A stretch of 61,156 bases of DNA, filler included, from Porpidia crustulata (taxonomy: Eukaryota), in the NCBI GenBank assembly GCA_964255105.1. It is 13 parts of 13 records of this genome, joined end to end, with 100 filler letters (N's around TTAATTAATTAA, not from the genome) between each part and the next. Parts side by side here need not be neighbours in the genome. Positions count along the whole stretch, not along the records: positions 9,466 to 14,091 come from CAXUWE010002033.1; positions 14,192 to 18,812 come from CAXUWE010002034.1; positions 18,913 to 23,529 come from CAXUWE010002035.1; positions 23,630 to 28,241 come from CAXUWE010002036.1; 9 more parts are not named here. One strand, given 5' to 3'. This document shows positions 12,871-24,739 of this stretch, in pieces; position 1 is the stretch's first letter, and every line of letters begins with the position of its first letter. Made by a program: the position numbers and the translations under genes. The notes beneath the pieces are model-generated. The model was not told the origin of the DNA. It saw only the letters and a list, made by a program, of their open reading frames with translations, and ran no database searches.

Positions 12871-13552
12871 GATTGGCACCGAGGACCATTGCAGAAAAGA
12901 CCGGACATTGCTCTTGGTGATATACCGACCTACCATCATGATCATCATCACCAACAACTAATACCACCGCCGACGATATCGAGTAGAGACATTTCCCGAG
13001 CAAGCAAGGACTAGATTCAATCAAGCGCCGTTCTCGACAATGCAAATTCGAGGATCTAGATTCATTTCCTAGATTAGTTTGAGTAGACACTTCCACTACA
13101 GGCCGCAAGGCACTACTAGGTCACTCGCTGTCATTACACAATGTGGCAACTTGAAGGCATTACAGCTGTCACTCCGCCACGTAACAACCAACTCTGAACG
13201 CTCGTCCATCTACGCATCGCGCAATTAACGTCATGAAAGCCATGGAGCTTCTTCAGCTGCCAGGGCATTCATCCAGTTCAAATCGGAAAAGGTCTTGTGC
13301 GTTCGAGAAACCCCGGGGGTTATCTGCTTGTCGATTACTAAACACCCTAGCAAAGAGGAAACATCGGTGGAATGTAGCTGGATTAGAAACCACTAGGTTG
13401 ATGGATCATGGTAGATATAAATGGACATTTTCGAAGATTTATACTTGCTATAATCTCGTTCCGCGACATCTCAATCTTCCCTTCCTAGACGCTCGCTCGC
13501 TACTGCCCATATCGACCCCTTAATCTCTAGCCCATCATCAACATGCTAGTAA

Positions 13553-13850
13553 CCTGTAAGCGCTCAAGCAGGCACGGGTGCCCGTTCCTCACGGAGCACG
13601 ATTGATGTCGTAGCCCTGGTGACCAAAACCAGGTTTCCCGATGTAGCGGGCAACGTCGAGTGCTCAGGCGTCCTCCGAGCTTTTATCATTCGTGTTTGGG
13701 GAAAATAGAGACGCACGAAGCCGCCACATGCGAGCAACTAATCGCGCTCCGTCGTGCTTCGACGGGGCTCCCATAGGCCGAAATCGATAGCAGGCACTCC
13801 TTCCCCAGTCTGGGAAAATCCCGACGGCTATGGAAATGCCCCAAAATGAT
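13553..13850. ncRNA. Candidate structured non-coding RNA or 3'UTR element (unassigned)
   Basis: Dense nested helices; the minus strand shows a hairpin-ATAAAA-hairpin-ACAnnn layout. Confidence 0.3.
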
Positions 13851-13859
13851 TTAGCTTCC

Positions 13860-14091
13860 TCAGGGGCCTCCCAAAACGCCCGAGATCCGCAACGCCAGGT
13901 CAAGGATGGTCAGATGCTCGTCGGCGCCGTCGACGAGCCGCTTGTCGAGCTCGGAGAAGATCATGACGATCTGGTTCTTCTGCTTGTTGGGTATGGCGTC
14001 GTTGTACACGACCTGCTGGTAGAGCTGTGCGGAGTGTTTTGTGCTAGATTGGGTTTGACGGTGGTATCGACGCCTTCTCACTGAAGAGGAG
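13860..14091 (-). CDS. RFC2: Replication factor C subunit 2, C-terminal fragment
   Basis: LYQQVVYNDAIPNKQKNQIVMIFSELDKRLVDGADEHLTILDL matches the RFC2/RFC4 C-terminus; 5' part lost at spacer. Confidence 0.85.
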
Positions 14092-14191
14092 NNNNNNNNN
14101 NNNNNNNNNNNNNNNNNNNNNNNNNNNNNNNNNNNTTAATTAATTAANNNNNNNNNNNNNNNNNNNNNNNNNNNNNNNNNNNNNNNNNNNN
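14092..14191. other. Artificial contig spacer
   Basis: N44-TTAATTAATTAA-N44. Confidence 0.99.
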
Positions 14192-17100
14192 GTGCGGCGG
14201 AGGGGATGGCGTCGTGGTTGAGGAGGAGGCCGGCGAAGAGGAGAGAGAAGAGCATGACAGGCTGCCGATGAGGTTGGCGATGCCGCCGTCCTTGAAGACA
14301 ATGCCGATGAAGAGGCAGATGGCGGCGGCCGCGAGGTTGAACAGCACGAGGATGAGCACGAACTTGAGGAACTCGGGCCACGCCGGCACGAGACCCGTCA
14401 TCGGATACACGATGGCGCCCATGATGATGGGCGGGATAAGCCGCAGCGGTACGATGTCAAAGATGACCTTGGCAGCGAAGTAGGTGATGGGCGCGTAGTA
14501 GCCGTTGGCGCGCTCGCGCACGAAGAGCAGGCGTTCCGAGGAGAAGACGGTGAGGGTCGTCAGGGTGCTGAAGCCGAAGAGGGCGAGGATGAAGAAGAAG
14601 AGGCCAAGCCGGTTCTGGAAGCCTTTGATGTCGTCGGTCAGGCCGTAGAAGAGGAAGCCTGAGAGTACGGCGAGGAGGATGGCGATTGCGTAGTGGGTCA
14701 GCATGAGCATCGGGTTGCGGTACAGATTACGCCATGTCCGTCGCGAGAGGATGAGGAATTGCCCGAGGTAGCCGACGCGGCGGTAGCTTTTCATCGTGCC
14801 GGACACGGAAATGCCGTTGGCTTGGCCGTTACTTTGGCCGTTGGCAGCTGCGGCGCTGTCGACGGCCGCGTGAATATCCTCGCGGATGGAGTTGGCGACT
14901 TCGGAATTGGAGTAGCTCGAGACTAGGTCGTCTAGACCTGAGTCGAGGCCATGGGCGAGAGGGGGAAGTTGGTGAGGGTCGTCGAGGATTTGCGGAGGGA
15001 TTAGGCCTTGCTGCTTCGATAAGCGTAGCCAATCTGGAGCGTTGCCACGCGGTGTCTCGTTCAGATCCGAGGCCTCGTCGTCCGTCCTTGGGGTGAGTGG
15101 TCCTTCTCCACCGCCGCTCCTCTTCCGTGTGTATAGCTTGCGGTCTTGCTGCTTCTTCAGCGATTCTCTTCGCTTGGTCTTTGGTCTTCGGTCGGACTCG
15201 TTATGGCTGCCGTAGCTGCTGTTCTGCAAGCTAACATTCGAAGCACTAGCGATAGACTTGACAGCACGAACGCTACTGTTGATTGTCCGCATGCCCTCAC
15301 TGCCGCCATCGAGTCCCGGAGGACCAGCATCGTCATGCGGTGTATGAGCCGCCGATTCCGCGTGCATGGTCAGATCTACGAGGTAATCGGCAATGTTGAA
15401 GCCCGAGGGACACGAGTAGCCAATGCGGTCGAAGTAATGCTGGCAACTTGTGAACGGACCCGAGTAAACGGCCCTTCCCTTGGCTAAGAGAACCAAGTGG
15501 TCGAAGAGGGCAACGATGTTCGAACGCGGCTGATGTATAGTGAATATCACTGTTCTGTTGTAGTTCTTTGCTAGATTGACCAGACACTCGACCACGTTGA
15601 AGGCATTGAATGCATCCAGTCCACTGGTTGGCTCGTCCAGGAATAAGATGCTTGGGCTTGTGACGAGCTCACAGGCGATACCAACTCTTCGCTTCTCTCC
15701 ACCAGATATTCCCCGTCCACTACCCTCTTCGGATCCAATTAATTGGTCTTTGATATGGCTGATCCCTAACTGCTTCTCGACGTCATACACTCTTTGCTCC
15801 TTGACAGATATATTCATATCACGTGGTAATCGGAGTAAGGCACTCGTCATAATAGTTTCGTGGACAGTCAATGTTGGTAGCATAGTATCGTCTTGGTCGA
15901 CAAAGCCAATCACGCTTCGATATTCATTGTCGTTCACCTTCTCTCCATTGACATAGAAGTTACCCTCGACAATGCCTCGCTTGTTCTTTCTTGCCAAGAT
16001 ATCAAGAAAGGTTGTCTTCCCAGCCCCAGATGCGCCCATGATCGCCATCAATTGGCCTGGTAAAGCGACGCCTTGGACACCCGAAAGTATCTGTTTACCA
16101 TTTAATTTATAAGAGACATTCTCAAACTGTAACGAGGCTGGCTTATGCTCCGCCATCAATTGAGCATCGTCATCGGAGTCGTCTGAAAGGTGAATTGGGC
16201 CATGCTTGAAAGATCTCCGAGACATATACCAAACCAGGAGAATGACCAAGACCACGAAAAGAGCGCATCCTGCTATGACGCCGGCGATGAGGGGTGTATT
16301 GATCTCTTTGACTGGCCTTTTATAACCCGGAACATCAGTACGGTACAAACATTCTCCCGCGTCACAAGCCAATGTGATGCTTTCATCGCCGAATATAGTC
16401 TTAATCAGACCGTTCATTTCTGGCTCTTCAAACTTGCTGCCATCTTGGCTACTACCGCCTTCCGTGGATATCGAAGAGAACTTCGCCGGACCTCGAATCG
16501 ACTCCGAAAGAAATTCACTGATATCGATGGAGTCTTCTGCTCCGCAAAGAATTCGACCAGGTACACATGCACATCGAATATGTTCGCACGCAACGGTCGT
16601 AGTGTTTCTATCGTAGTCGCTCTTTGAACTGAAGGCGCAGGTGTCGAGATCACAGTAGAATGACTCAACTTTACCAGTCCAGACTATGAATCATGTTAGT
16701 AGGTGGACAGTAATCGGTTTCTAGCGTGCCTACACTGGAAATTACAACTCTCCTGCTCCTTATTACAGGAGAAGGTGGCTTGTGGTATGTCTTCTTTCAA
16801 TTGGTCCTTGATCTTTCGATTGGTGACATCGCACATCTGAAAGTTCTCCTTTACCACCGCTCCTGATTTGTAGCAAATCCCCTCTTTCCCTTCGGGCATC
16901 AAAGCGTCGCATGATCGATCTGTCTCACAAACATTGCAATTTATACCCGCCCATCCTTCATCACATTCACATTCGCCCTCGCCCCTTGGCAGCCTATCCT
17001 TTCCCTTTGCCAAAGAACCGCAGACCGGCTTCTGGCAGTCTTCTCCCCCGAACCCAGGTGGACATGAGCATTTTCCGTTGTATTTATTACAGGTACCGTA

Positions 17101-17283
17101 TTGTGCGCATTGAAAAGCTTCAAGGTTGCAATTAAAGCAGGGCGGGCAGTCGGGGGGGCGATCGTCTTGGAGGGAAAAGGTCGGCTGAAGAAGGTCGTAC
17201 CGCGAGTAATTCTGGAAACTGTACACTTTCCGTATTGACGTTATCAGCACCAGCGCCTCGAGGGCCGCCCAAATCGTACGCAT
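14192..17283 (-). CDS. ADP1: ADP1-type ABCG half-transporter with N-terminal EGF-like Cys-rich domain (3' truncated)
   Basis: Signal peptide, CPPCFNC/EGF-like Cys repeats, TM, Walker [31 protein letters not shown]2 membrane domain; intron about 16685-16735. Confidence 0.95.
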
Positions 17284-17970
17284 GTGTTCACGGCTGCAAT
17301 GACAGATCGGCGGAAGTGGCTGGAGCCTAACAAGTAGGGGCCGTCTCTCAGGCTGGAGATGCTTATACCTGGGGGGGTGAGAGCTTGCGATGCAGGACTT
17401 GTAGAGGTTTACAGGACCTCGACGTGATTGATTCTGTCCTGGAACGTGGGGCGTAATTCGCGATTAAGACTTTGCAAGAAGCAACGATGGTGGCGGAGGG
17501 AGATGATCGGGCTTAGCTGCAGAGACGCTTGTAGGTTGGCGGGCAGGATCTGTAACCGCAGGATTCTAGATGCGTAGTATCAAAGGTCCTTCCGATATTG
17601 CAAACTTCCAATGACGTAACGTACACATTTTCGTCAACACACAGGATTAATGTAATCAAAGTGGACAGACTGGTGGATTGTGGATGAGCAGCAGATCGAA
17701 TATGGATCATGAGCACAAATCAGAATCAGCAACAGCATGGCGGTCCAACCAGCTTCTCTACTGGGGACCTCGCTTGTGCTAGTGACGGCATGGAAGCCTT
17801 CCAGAACATTTCCACATTTGTCAATCGCCATTTCGCCGTCAATGTAGATGTGCGGCATGTTTGTAGGCACGTAGGCACGCAGGATAATATGGGGTACTGA
17901 TCATTGTAATGTGCATCTGTGCAATACGTTCTCCCTATTTTGGCCGATTCAAAATTAACTGATACTGAAA

Positions 17971-18812
17971 ATGGCACTTACAAAAGTCAAACCCTTTGCA
18001 GTCGAAGAAGTAAGCACAAAAACAGCATTCAATAGTTCAAAGCCGCAGGTTGATTGCTTTTCTTGTGCTTGGGTGATTGTATTTTAGTGATTTATTTTTC
18101 GAGTGCAAATCTCCCTCATCTCATATCGATTCTCTATCCCCAATTATGCTGATGATCAGTCCTAGTGGATGGACACCTATGAGACCATCGCCAAATTCAA
18201 CATTGCCGAAACTTGCGCGGCATCGTTATCCCTCGAACAGTTGAAAGAGCTTTCAGAAGACAAATCGACAGAGATATGGAACCCTGCAACAGTTCTCACC
18301 TACGGGGCCATCCGTGGATCCGACAAATTACGCTCCAATCTGGCTAATCTCTACTCATCGAAAGCCCCTTCTCCACTGCATCCGGAGAATGTGCTGATCA
18401 CGCCTGGCGCCATCGCTGCAAACTTCACCGTCTTCTATGCTTTGATCGGAAAAGGTGATCATGTCATCTGCCATTATCCTACATATCAGCAACTGTATGA
18501 CGTGCCTGCTAGCCTAGGGGCTGAGGTTAGTCTATGGCGGGCCCATGAGGAGAACAAATGGCAATTGGATGTCGAGGAGTTGAAAGAGTTAATAAGACCG
18601 AATACCAAAATGATCGTTATAAAGTAAGACGAATTCTTTTCTATGCAAATCACTCTTGAGCAAAAAACTGCTCAAATCTGTAATTCCTTTCTAAATGTCG
18701 CTAATCTGGTTGTCCTTTTCAACTTCTTCCTTATGAGAATTTCAATTTCAAATTTGGCATGCAAAGTACAGAAAACCTCTTTTATCTCCAAACCCCCTCG
18801 CGCCTTCAACCC
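17971..18812 (+). CDS. PLP-dependent class I/II aminotransferase (3' truncated)
   Basis: Exon 1 MALTKVKPFAVEE, intron 18010-18165, then WMDTYE...LTYGAIRGS...ITPGAIAAN...PTYQQLY...IRPNTKMIVI. Confidence 0.85.
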
Positions 18813-18912
18813 NNNNNNNNNNNNNNNNNNNNNNNNNNNNNNNNNNNNNNNNNNNNTTAATTAATTAANNNNNNNNNNNNNNNNNNNNNNNNNNNNNNNN
18901 NNNNNNNNNNNN
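18813..18912. other. Artificial contig spacer
   Basis: N44-TTAATTAATTAA-N44. Confidence 0.99.
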
Positions 18913-19376
18913 GGGTTTTAATTATCTATAGTAAAGGCTGTTGTAAAAAGAATGACATGGCGAGGTTTGGGTATGAGTGGAGGTTGGCATTGTGGATGTG
19001 GAACAAGTGAGAGGGACACGCGGTCCATTGTCAGGTGCTTTGTGCTTTGAGATTTTAAGGGTCTTCTGGGACGTCATTCACCAATTCTACAGTGAAGCAT
19101 GGCATTATTGCAAAAGCGGTCGCAAACTGAGTGGGAAATTAATTGGAAGTATCTAGACGAAGAACAATTGTCCTCCCTACTTCTCAAATTTCCCTGGGTA
19201 TCATAAGCCATCTGTTTCCCAATGGAACACATAGCTTCAGATCCATTACGCCCATTGTGCCATGCCGCAAACTCCATTGGAAATGCTCCGCTGATCTTCG
19301 ATAATCTGCATAATCCAACGCCGCATGTCCCGTCGAGGCGTCTCCCAGCACTTGGTACTGCGCCGTCGACCGGGTT

Positions 19377-19825
19377 CTAGCGATCTCCTGGCTTCTTCGC
19401 AATACAGCTCACAATTCTGAGTTAGTCGGCTTCGATGTTTGTATGATTATCCAGGAATATGTTGACGTTCTTGATCATGAACGTCCAAACATCGTCGCAA
19501 AGGCGGTATGAGTCCAAACGGCCCTTTAAAAGTGTGAGGAAGAATTACGTAGAAGGCATAGTCGGCTGTAGGGCCCTTACCCCAATATTCATACGGGCTA
19601 TAACCCTGTCTGCGAGGATTTTGGCAACGACGTTATCATAGTGGCTCATTATTTTTTCTGCGATTTGCGGTTCAATCTTACCAGCGGAGATCAGCGAGTC
19701 AATTGTATCCATGAGGGAGACGCCGAGGCTATAAATTACACTGTCAGTTCAGTAACGATGACTTGTATTTCGGTACATGAACTGTACCTTAACGAGCAGT
19801 AGAGCACATAGGCGTTATTGTCCAT
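19377..19825 (-). pseudogene. TOA2: TFIIA gamma (small) subunit homolog with in-frame TAA; pseudogene, divergent paralog or base error
   Basis: Exons 19825-19788, 19728-19581 and 19523-19377 give ...SLGVSLMDTIDSLISAGKIEPQIA...[20 protein letters not shown]...IEAD*LRIVSCIAKKPGDR; stop at 19422-19424. Confidence 0.8.
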
Positions 19826-19888
19826 CTTGAGCGCTCTGCTGTGAGGTGTTGGAGGAGCTGCAAAGAAACTACTCCACGAGGAGTGCTA

Positions 19889-19935
19889 AAAGTCATTGGA
19901 CCACTCAAATGCGATCGAAATGGTCCAATGACTTT
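19889..19935. repeat. Perfect 15-bp inverted repeat with 17-nt spacer
   Basis: AAAGTCATTGGACCA (19889-19903) / TGGTCCAATGACTTT (19921-19935). Confidence 0.9.
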
Positions 19936-20202
19936 GTTGTTCCCCCTTCGATGTGTTCACAGGTGGTGCGATAAGTTATTGTAATATATTTGGTGAAGAG
20001 TTCCGCTCAGATACTACAATGACTTATAGCGCCCCTTTTTGCCCATGTGCCGATTATGAGTCATCAATTTCAAGGCAGCGCGGGCAGGGGACAGTTGCTT
20101 TTCCGCTCTAGATAGGCCGACAGCAACCAACATCATCATTGTTCATCCAATACTCGTCTTCGCTCTGATCCGTCAGTTTAGGTCTCTTGACCAGGTGCAA
20201 GG

Positions 20203-21014
20203 ATGAGCTATTATGGAACATATGGCGCGACTGCGGGACTGACGGTCGTTGGACTTTGTACGCTTGTTTCCACGTGGAACAATCGCCTATACTTATGGTA
20301 CCATAGATCTACTTTTCACTGGAGATGGTGAAGCTTTCAACGTAAGCCAATATTAACATCCTTCCCCTACCAGCAGCTAAGATAAAAACGTAGGTTGGGC
20401 AATTTCTAGATTCAATCTCCCCATATGCTTTCGCGGATCTAGGCATAGGCCTATGTATAGGACTATCCGTGGTGGGGGCAGCCTGGTATGATTATCAACA
20501 CCCCAATCCCTAAGGCAGTCAAGAGGCTAAAGAGTATCAAAGGGGGATTTTCATAACTGGTTCATCGATTCTGGGTGGCGGTGTCAAAGCGCCTCGAATA
20601 CGGACCAAAAATTTGATCTCGATTATCTTCTGCGAAGTCGTCGCTATATATGGCGTCATCATGGCCATCGTCTTCTCTTCGAAGCTAAGTGCGGTCCGAG
20701 GGGATGAAATATACACCGGCTCAAACTATTACACGGGCTATGCTTTGTTCTGGTCGGGCTTAACAGTCGGAATGTGCAATTTAATATGTGGTGTTTCTGT
20801 CGGCATCAATGGAAGCAGTGCAGCATTGGCTGATGCTGCAGACCCAAGTCTGTGGGTTATTCACGCTTCTCAAGTGTCCGAAGGGTATACTAACAAGAGT
20901 GCACGGTCTAGGTTCGTGAAGGTTCTTGTTATAGAGATTTTCAGTTCTGTCCTGGGGCTTTTCGGGCTTATTATTGGCCTGCTTGTATCAGGCAAGGCAC
21001 TAGAGTTCGCATAG
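20203..21014 (+). CDS. VMA16: V-ATPase proteolipid subunit c'' (multi-exon)
   Basis: [11 protein letters not shown]...[53 protein letters not shown]...[17 protein letters not shown]. Confidence 0.95.
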
Positions 21015-21416
21015 TGGCACGGGCGATAAAAATCTGGTATCTACACCAAGACAAAGACCAGAGCCCGATGGGCATGTGTTCATATTTGCATCGGAGCATG
21101 ATGGTATAGGCGTTCTATCTAGCGTATTGTAGGGGAAAGGATAGTATTTAGTTGAAGGAGTTCAGAGGATGAGGATTTTCAACCTGAAATGTACATTATT
21201 GCAATTGAAGGGTGAATGCCTTCAGTTAAGCAGCACGTTGAACTTATTGTATTGATTGTGAGGAAGGCTCAAGCAAATTCGTACCTAGTCGTGTTACAAT
21301 TTGCCCGTAGTTCACTCCGAGAAGTGGTTGGTATGTGTACCGCACAAATACAACTTACAGACTACAGTTCTTGTTTACATCAAGCCGCAACTATCATTAA
21401 ATGACCTCGACCCACA

Positions 21417-23529
21417 ATGAGCAACTCAAGACTGAAAGTAGCTATACTCATCGTATCAGAAACGGCTTTCAAGGATCCCTCCACTGACAGGTCCGGAGAC
21501 GTTCTAAAAGATGTATTCGCCAGCGGCGGCGATCAATGGGTGGTCGATGAAACAAAAATCGTCCCCGACGACGTGATACCGCTCCAGAGAACAATAATGC
21601 AATGGTGCGAGGGAGAGGATTCCATGAATCTTATAATCACCACAGGAGGTACTGGTTTTACCGTCAAGGATGTGACGCCGGAAGCCGTGACCCCTTTGAT
21701 CCACAAGCAGGCTCCTGGAATAGTGTAAGTTAGTGACTTTTTGACTATATTGTAGAGTATAAACGCTAATGACGACAGCCATGGGATGCTGGCGGCCTCT
21801 TTAAAAGTCACGCCTTGTAAGTATGTATATTTTGTTATCACCTTACATATCTGGCCCAATCGCTTCCACTCACTTTCATTGCATTATCTCAAATTTCTAT
21901 AGAAATTCATGCAAATTATCCAAGTGTCTACACATATGTTCTTGACTCATAGATATGTTCAGTTGCCATGATGGCAAGACCTGTCGCCGGTGTCCGGAAC
22001 AAGACCTTGATTGTCACTCTCCCAGGCTCTCCAAAAGGGGCAAAAGAAAATCTGTTAGCGATTCTCCCACTCCTACCCCATGCCTGTTTACAAGTTGCTG
22101 GTGGTAATTCAAGAACGCTACATGCTGGAGGCGTAGAGAAGTTAGAGAAAGAAGCCGGTATAAGTGGCACAGTGAAGCCACAGCATCATCACCATGACCA
22201 CGGTCATTCTCATGGCCATTCTCACGGTCATGGAGGACATGCTGTGCCTAAAGCTCATACCAAGCCCGAAGACCGGCCAATCTCGAATGATCCAAGTGCT
22301 GGTCCTACGCAACGCTACCGAGAATCACCTTACCCAATGCTGTCGGTTGAAGAAGCTACCAAGCTGATACTAGAGCATTCTCCGGCTCCTATATCTTCCA
22401 AAATCCCTGTCAACGGTTCCTTAGTTGGCTACGTCCTTGCTGAAGACATCCAGGCCGATGAAGCTGTACCTGCATATCGAGCAAGTATAGTCGATGGTTA
22501 CGCTCTGAACCGCCAAGACATCAAAGAGCAGGGAGGTTTCACAACCGAGTCTCGTAAGTTCACAGTCGCTTCAGTATCTCACGCGTCTCCGAGCGAAACA
22601 CCAGCGATCAAGCCCGGAGAAGTCACCCGCATAACGACCGGCGCCCCTCTCCCACCAGAAGCCGTTGCCGTCGTCATGGTCGAAGACACCATCATCACCT
22701 CAACCTCACCCGACGGCCGTGAAGAACAAGAAATCCAAATCCTCACCGATGCAATCACCCCCGAAGAGAACGTCCGCGCCATCGGCTCCGACGTCCAAAT
22801 CGGCGCCACCATCCTCAAAAAAGGCGACCCCATCACCGCCACTGGGGGCGAACTCGGCCTCCTCGCCTCCGTCGGCAAGTCCCACGTCTCCGTCTACCAA
22901 AAACCCACCATCGCCGTCCTCAGCACCGGCGATGAACTTGTCCCGCACGACCACCCTTCCCCTCCACACCCCGGCCAAGTCCGCGACTGCAACCGCCCCG
23001 CTCTCCTCGCCGCCCTCCACGGCTGGGGCTTCACCCCCCTCGACCTTGGCATCGCCCCAGATACCCCCGACGCTCTCGAAGCGTACCTGCGCGCCGCCAT
23101 CCGTCGTGCTGACGTTGTCATTACCACCGGTGGCGTCTCCATGGGCGAGCTTGACCTGCTCAAACCGACGCTCGAGCGCGCCCTCGGCGGCACCGTCCAC
23201 GTCGGCCGCATTTCCATGAAGCCCGGCAAACCCACCACCTTCGCCACGGTCCCCTACAAGTCCGCCACCGGAGAGCCGCGAACAGGCCTCGTGTTCGCGC
23301 TGCCGGGTAATCCGGCGTCGGCGCTCGCGACGCTGCATCTTTTCGTGCTACCGTCGTTGCGCAAGTCGTCCGGTGTTGGTGGCGACGACCCGCGGCTGCC
23401 AAGGGTGCGCGTGGTGCTCGAGCGGGAGATGCGGTGCGATGCGCGGCGCGTGGAGTTTCACCGGGCGGTAGTCCGGGTCGGCGCGGACGGGCGGCTCATC
23501 TGGCCCGAAGAGCGCAACGCCGTCCGTCA
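21417..23529 (+). CDS. cnxE: Molybdenum cofactor biosynthesis protein CnxE/gephyrin (MogA G-domain + MoeA E-domain), 3' truncated
   Basis: ITTGGTGF..DVTPEA, LPGSPKGAKE, His-rich linker, ASIVDGYA, RITTGAPLP, STGDEL, TTGGVSMGELD, MKPGKP, LPGNPAS. Confidence 0.95.
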
Positions 23530-23629
23530 NNNNNNNNNNNNNNNNNNNNNNNNNNNNNNNNNNNNNNNNNNNNTTAATTAATTAANNNNNNNNNNNNNNN
23601 NNNNNNNNNNNNNNNNNNNNNNNNNNNNN
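23530..23629. other. Artificial contig spacer
   Basis: N44-TTAATTAATTAA-N44. Confidence 0.99.
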
Positions 23630-24739
23630 GTATGGAAGGGGTTTATGGGGGGGTGGTTTTGAGATGTAATGGTATTGTCTGAGGCGTTGGAGACAGGGGA
23701 AGGAATTGGGTGGTATGGAGAGGGAAAATGATACGTGCGCTAGCGGGCGCGTTGAACGAATGGAAGATGTCCATATAAAAAAGGCCGTTCATGAGCAAGA
23801 TGGAATTATGTAGAGCGGAGCGTGTGACGGTTTCCTTTTTTTTTTTAGCTTTGGCTTCTGGACTGAGCGACATTGCTATTCCGACCCTTTTCTTCCTTCC
23901 CCCTTTTCCCCCCAAGTTTTTGGGGAAGGTTAACTCTTATTAAAAAAAAAGGCCGAGGTTTGAAAGATTCAAGAACGTCACGCGAATGGAGCGGAAAGGA
24001 AGGGGAATTGGAGGAAACTGTTTGTGGTTCTTATATGTATCTTGTTTGTTCGTTGTCGAGCGTCGTGGTTTCCGGCTATTGGGTGAGCACGTGAGGTAAT
24101 GGTAGGTGAGGTCCTTCCTTCCGTTTTTCGTTTTTGGATGTTGATGTTTTTAATTCGCTAGTTGATTTGAAAGCCTCCTTCCATTAATGTTGCCAGTTGC
24201 TTTTTTTTTGTCAAGAGGAGTTCGGGCAGTTTTTGCTTGATTTTGAGCGGTGGAACTCGGATATGCCATACAACATGTCTACATGATAATTAAGCTCCCC
24301 CAGCACATAAAGGATCCAGACGCGTAAGATACAGTCACCCTTAACCTCACCCTTACTGCACGGGCTTACAGAACCCACTTCGCCTTCGGCAGCTGCCTAC
24401 TTTCAACATCACCATAAGATACGCGATCAGGCAGTGAAAGGTATGGAGGCATCGCCAATGACAGGTAAGGCGGGAGAAGCAACGCCGAGGAAATTCAGAA
24501 GTGAGGTTTGGCGCTTATCTACCGATATCGACGGTGAGTTTAAACGCTTTCTTTTCGTATTGCTACGCACTTTTTTTTTACGACCACCACAGAAGCTGAA
24601 AGCATGGTGTCCGGGGAAATATTTTGCGCACAGCGTAAACCAAAGGGTAGACCAACGAGTTTGGGCATGAAGCTTCATTCACCTATTAGTTCTGTACTGC
24701 CGATGAGGTCCAAGGTCCCAGGCGCTGGGTTGCCCAGCA

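Noticed and set aside
13860..13862. RFC2 TGA followed by strong structure as a readthrough or SECIS signal
   Set aside because: The stop falls at the normal RFC2 C-terminus, and Pezizomycotina are not known to have selenocysteine machinery
22183..22240. His-rich tract in CnxE as a novel metal-binding module
   Set aside because: His-rich G-E linkers are a common feature of fungal CnxE/gephyrin proteins
22706..23402. Long antisense and alternative-frame ORFs over cnxE (likewise over ADP1, ARG2, LTV1 and the PWI gene)
   Set aside because: Expected shadows of GC-rich coding sequence; no recognisable motifs
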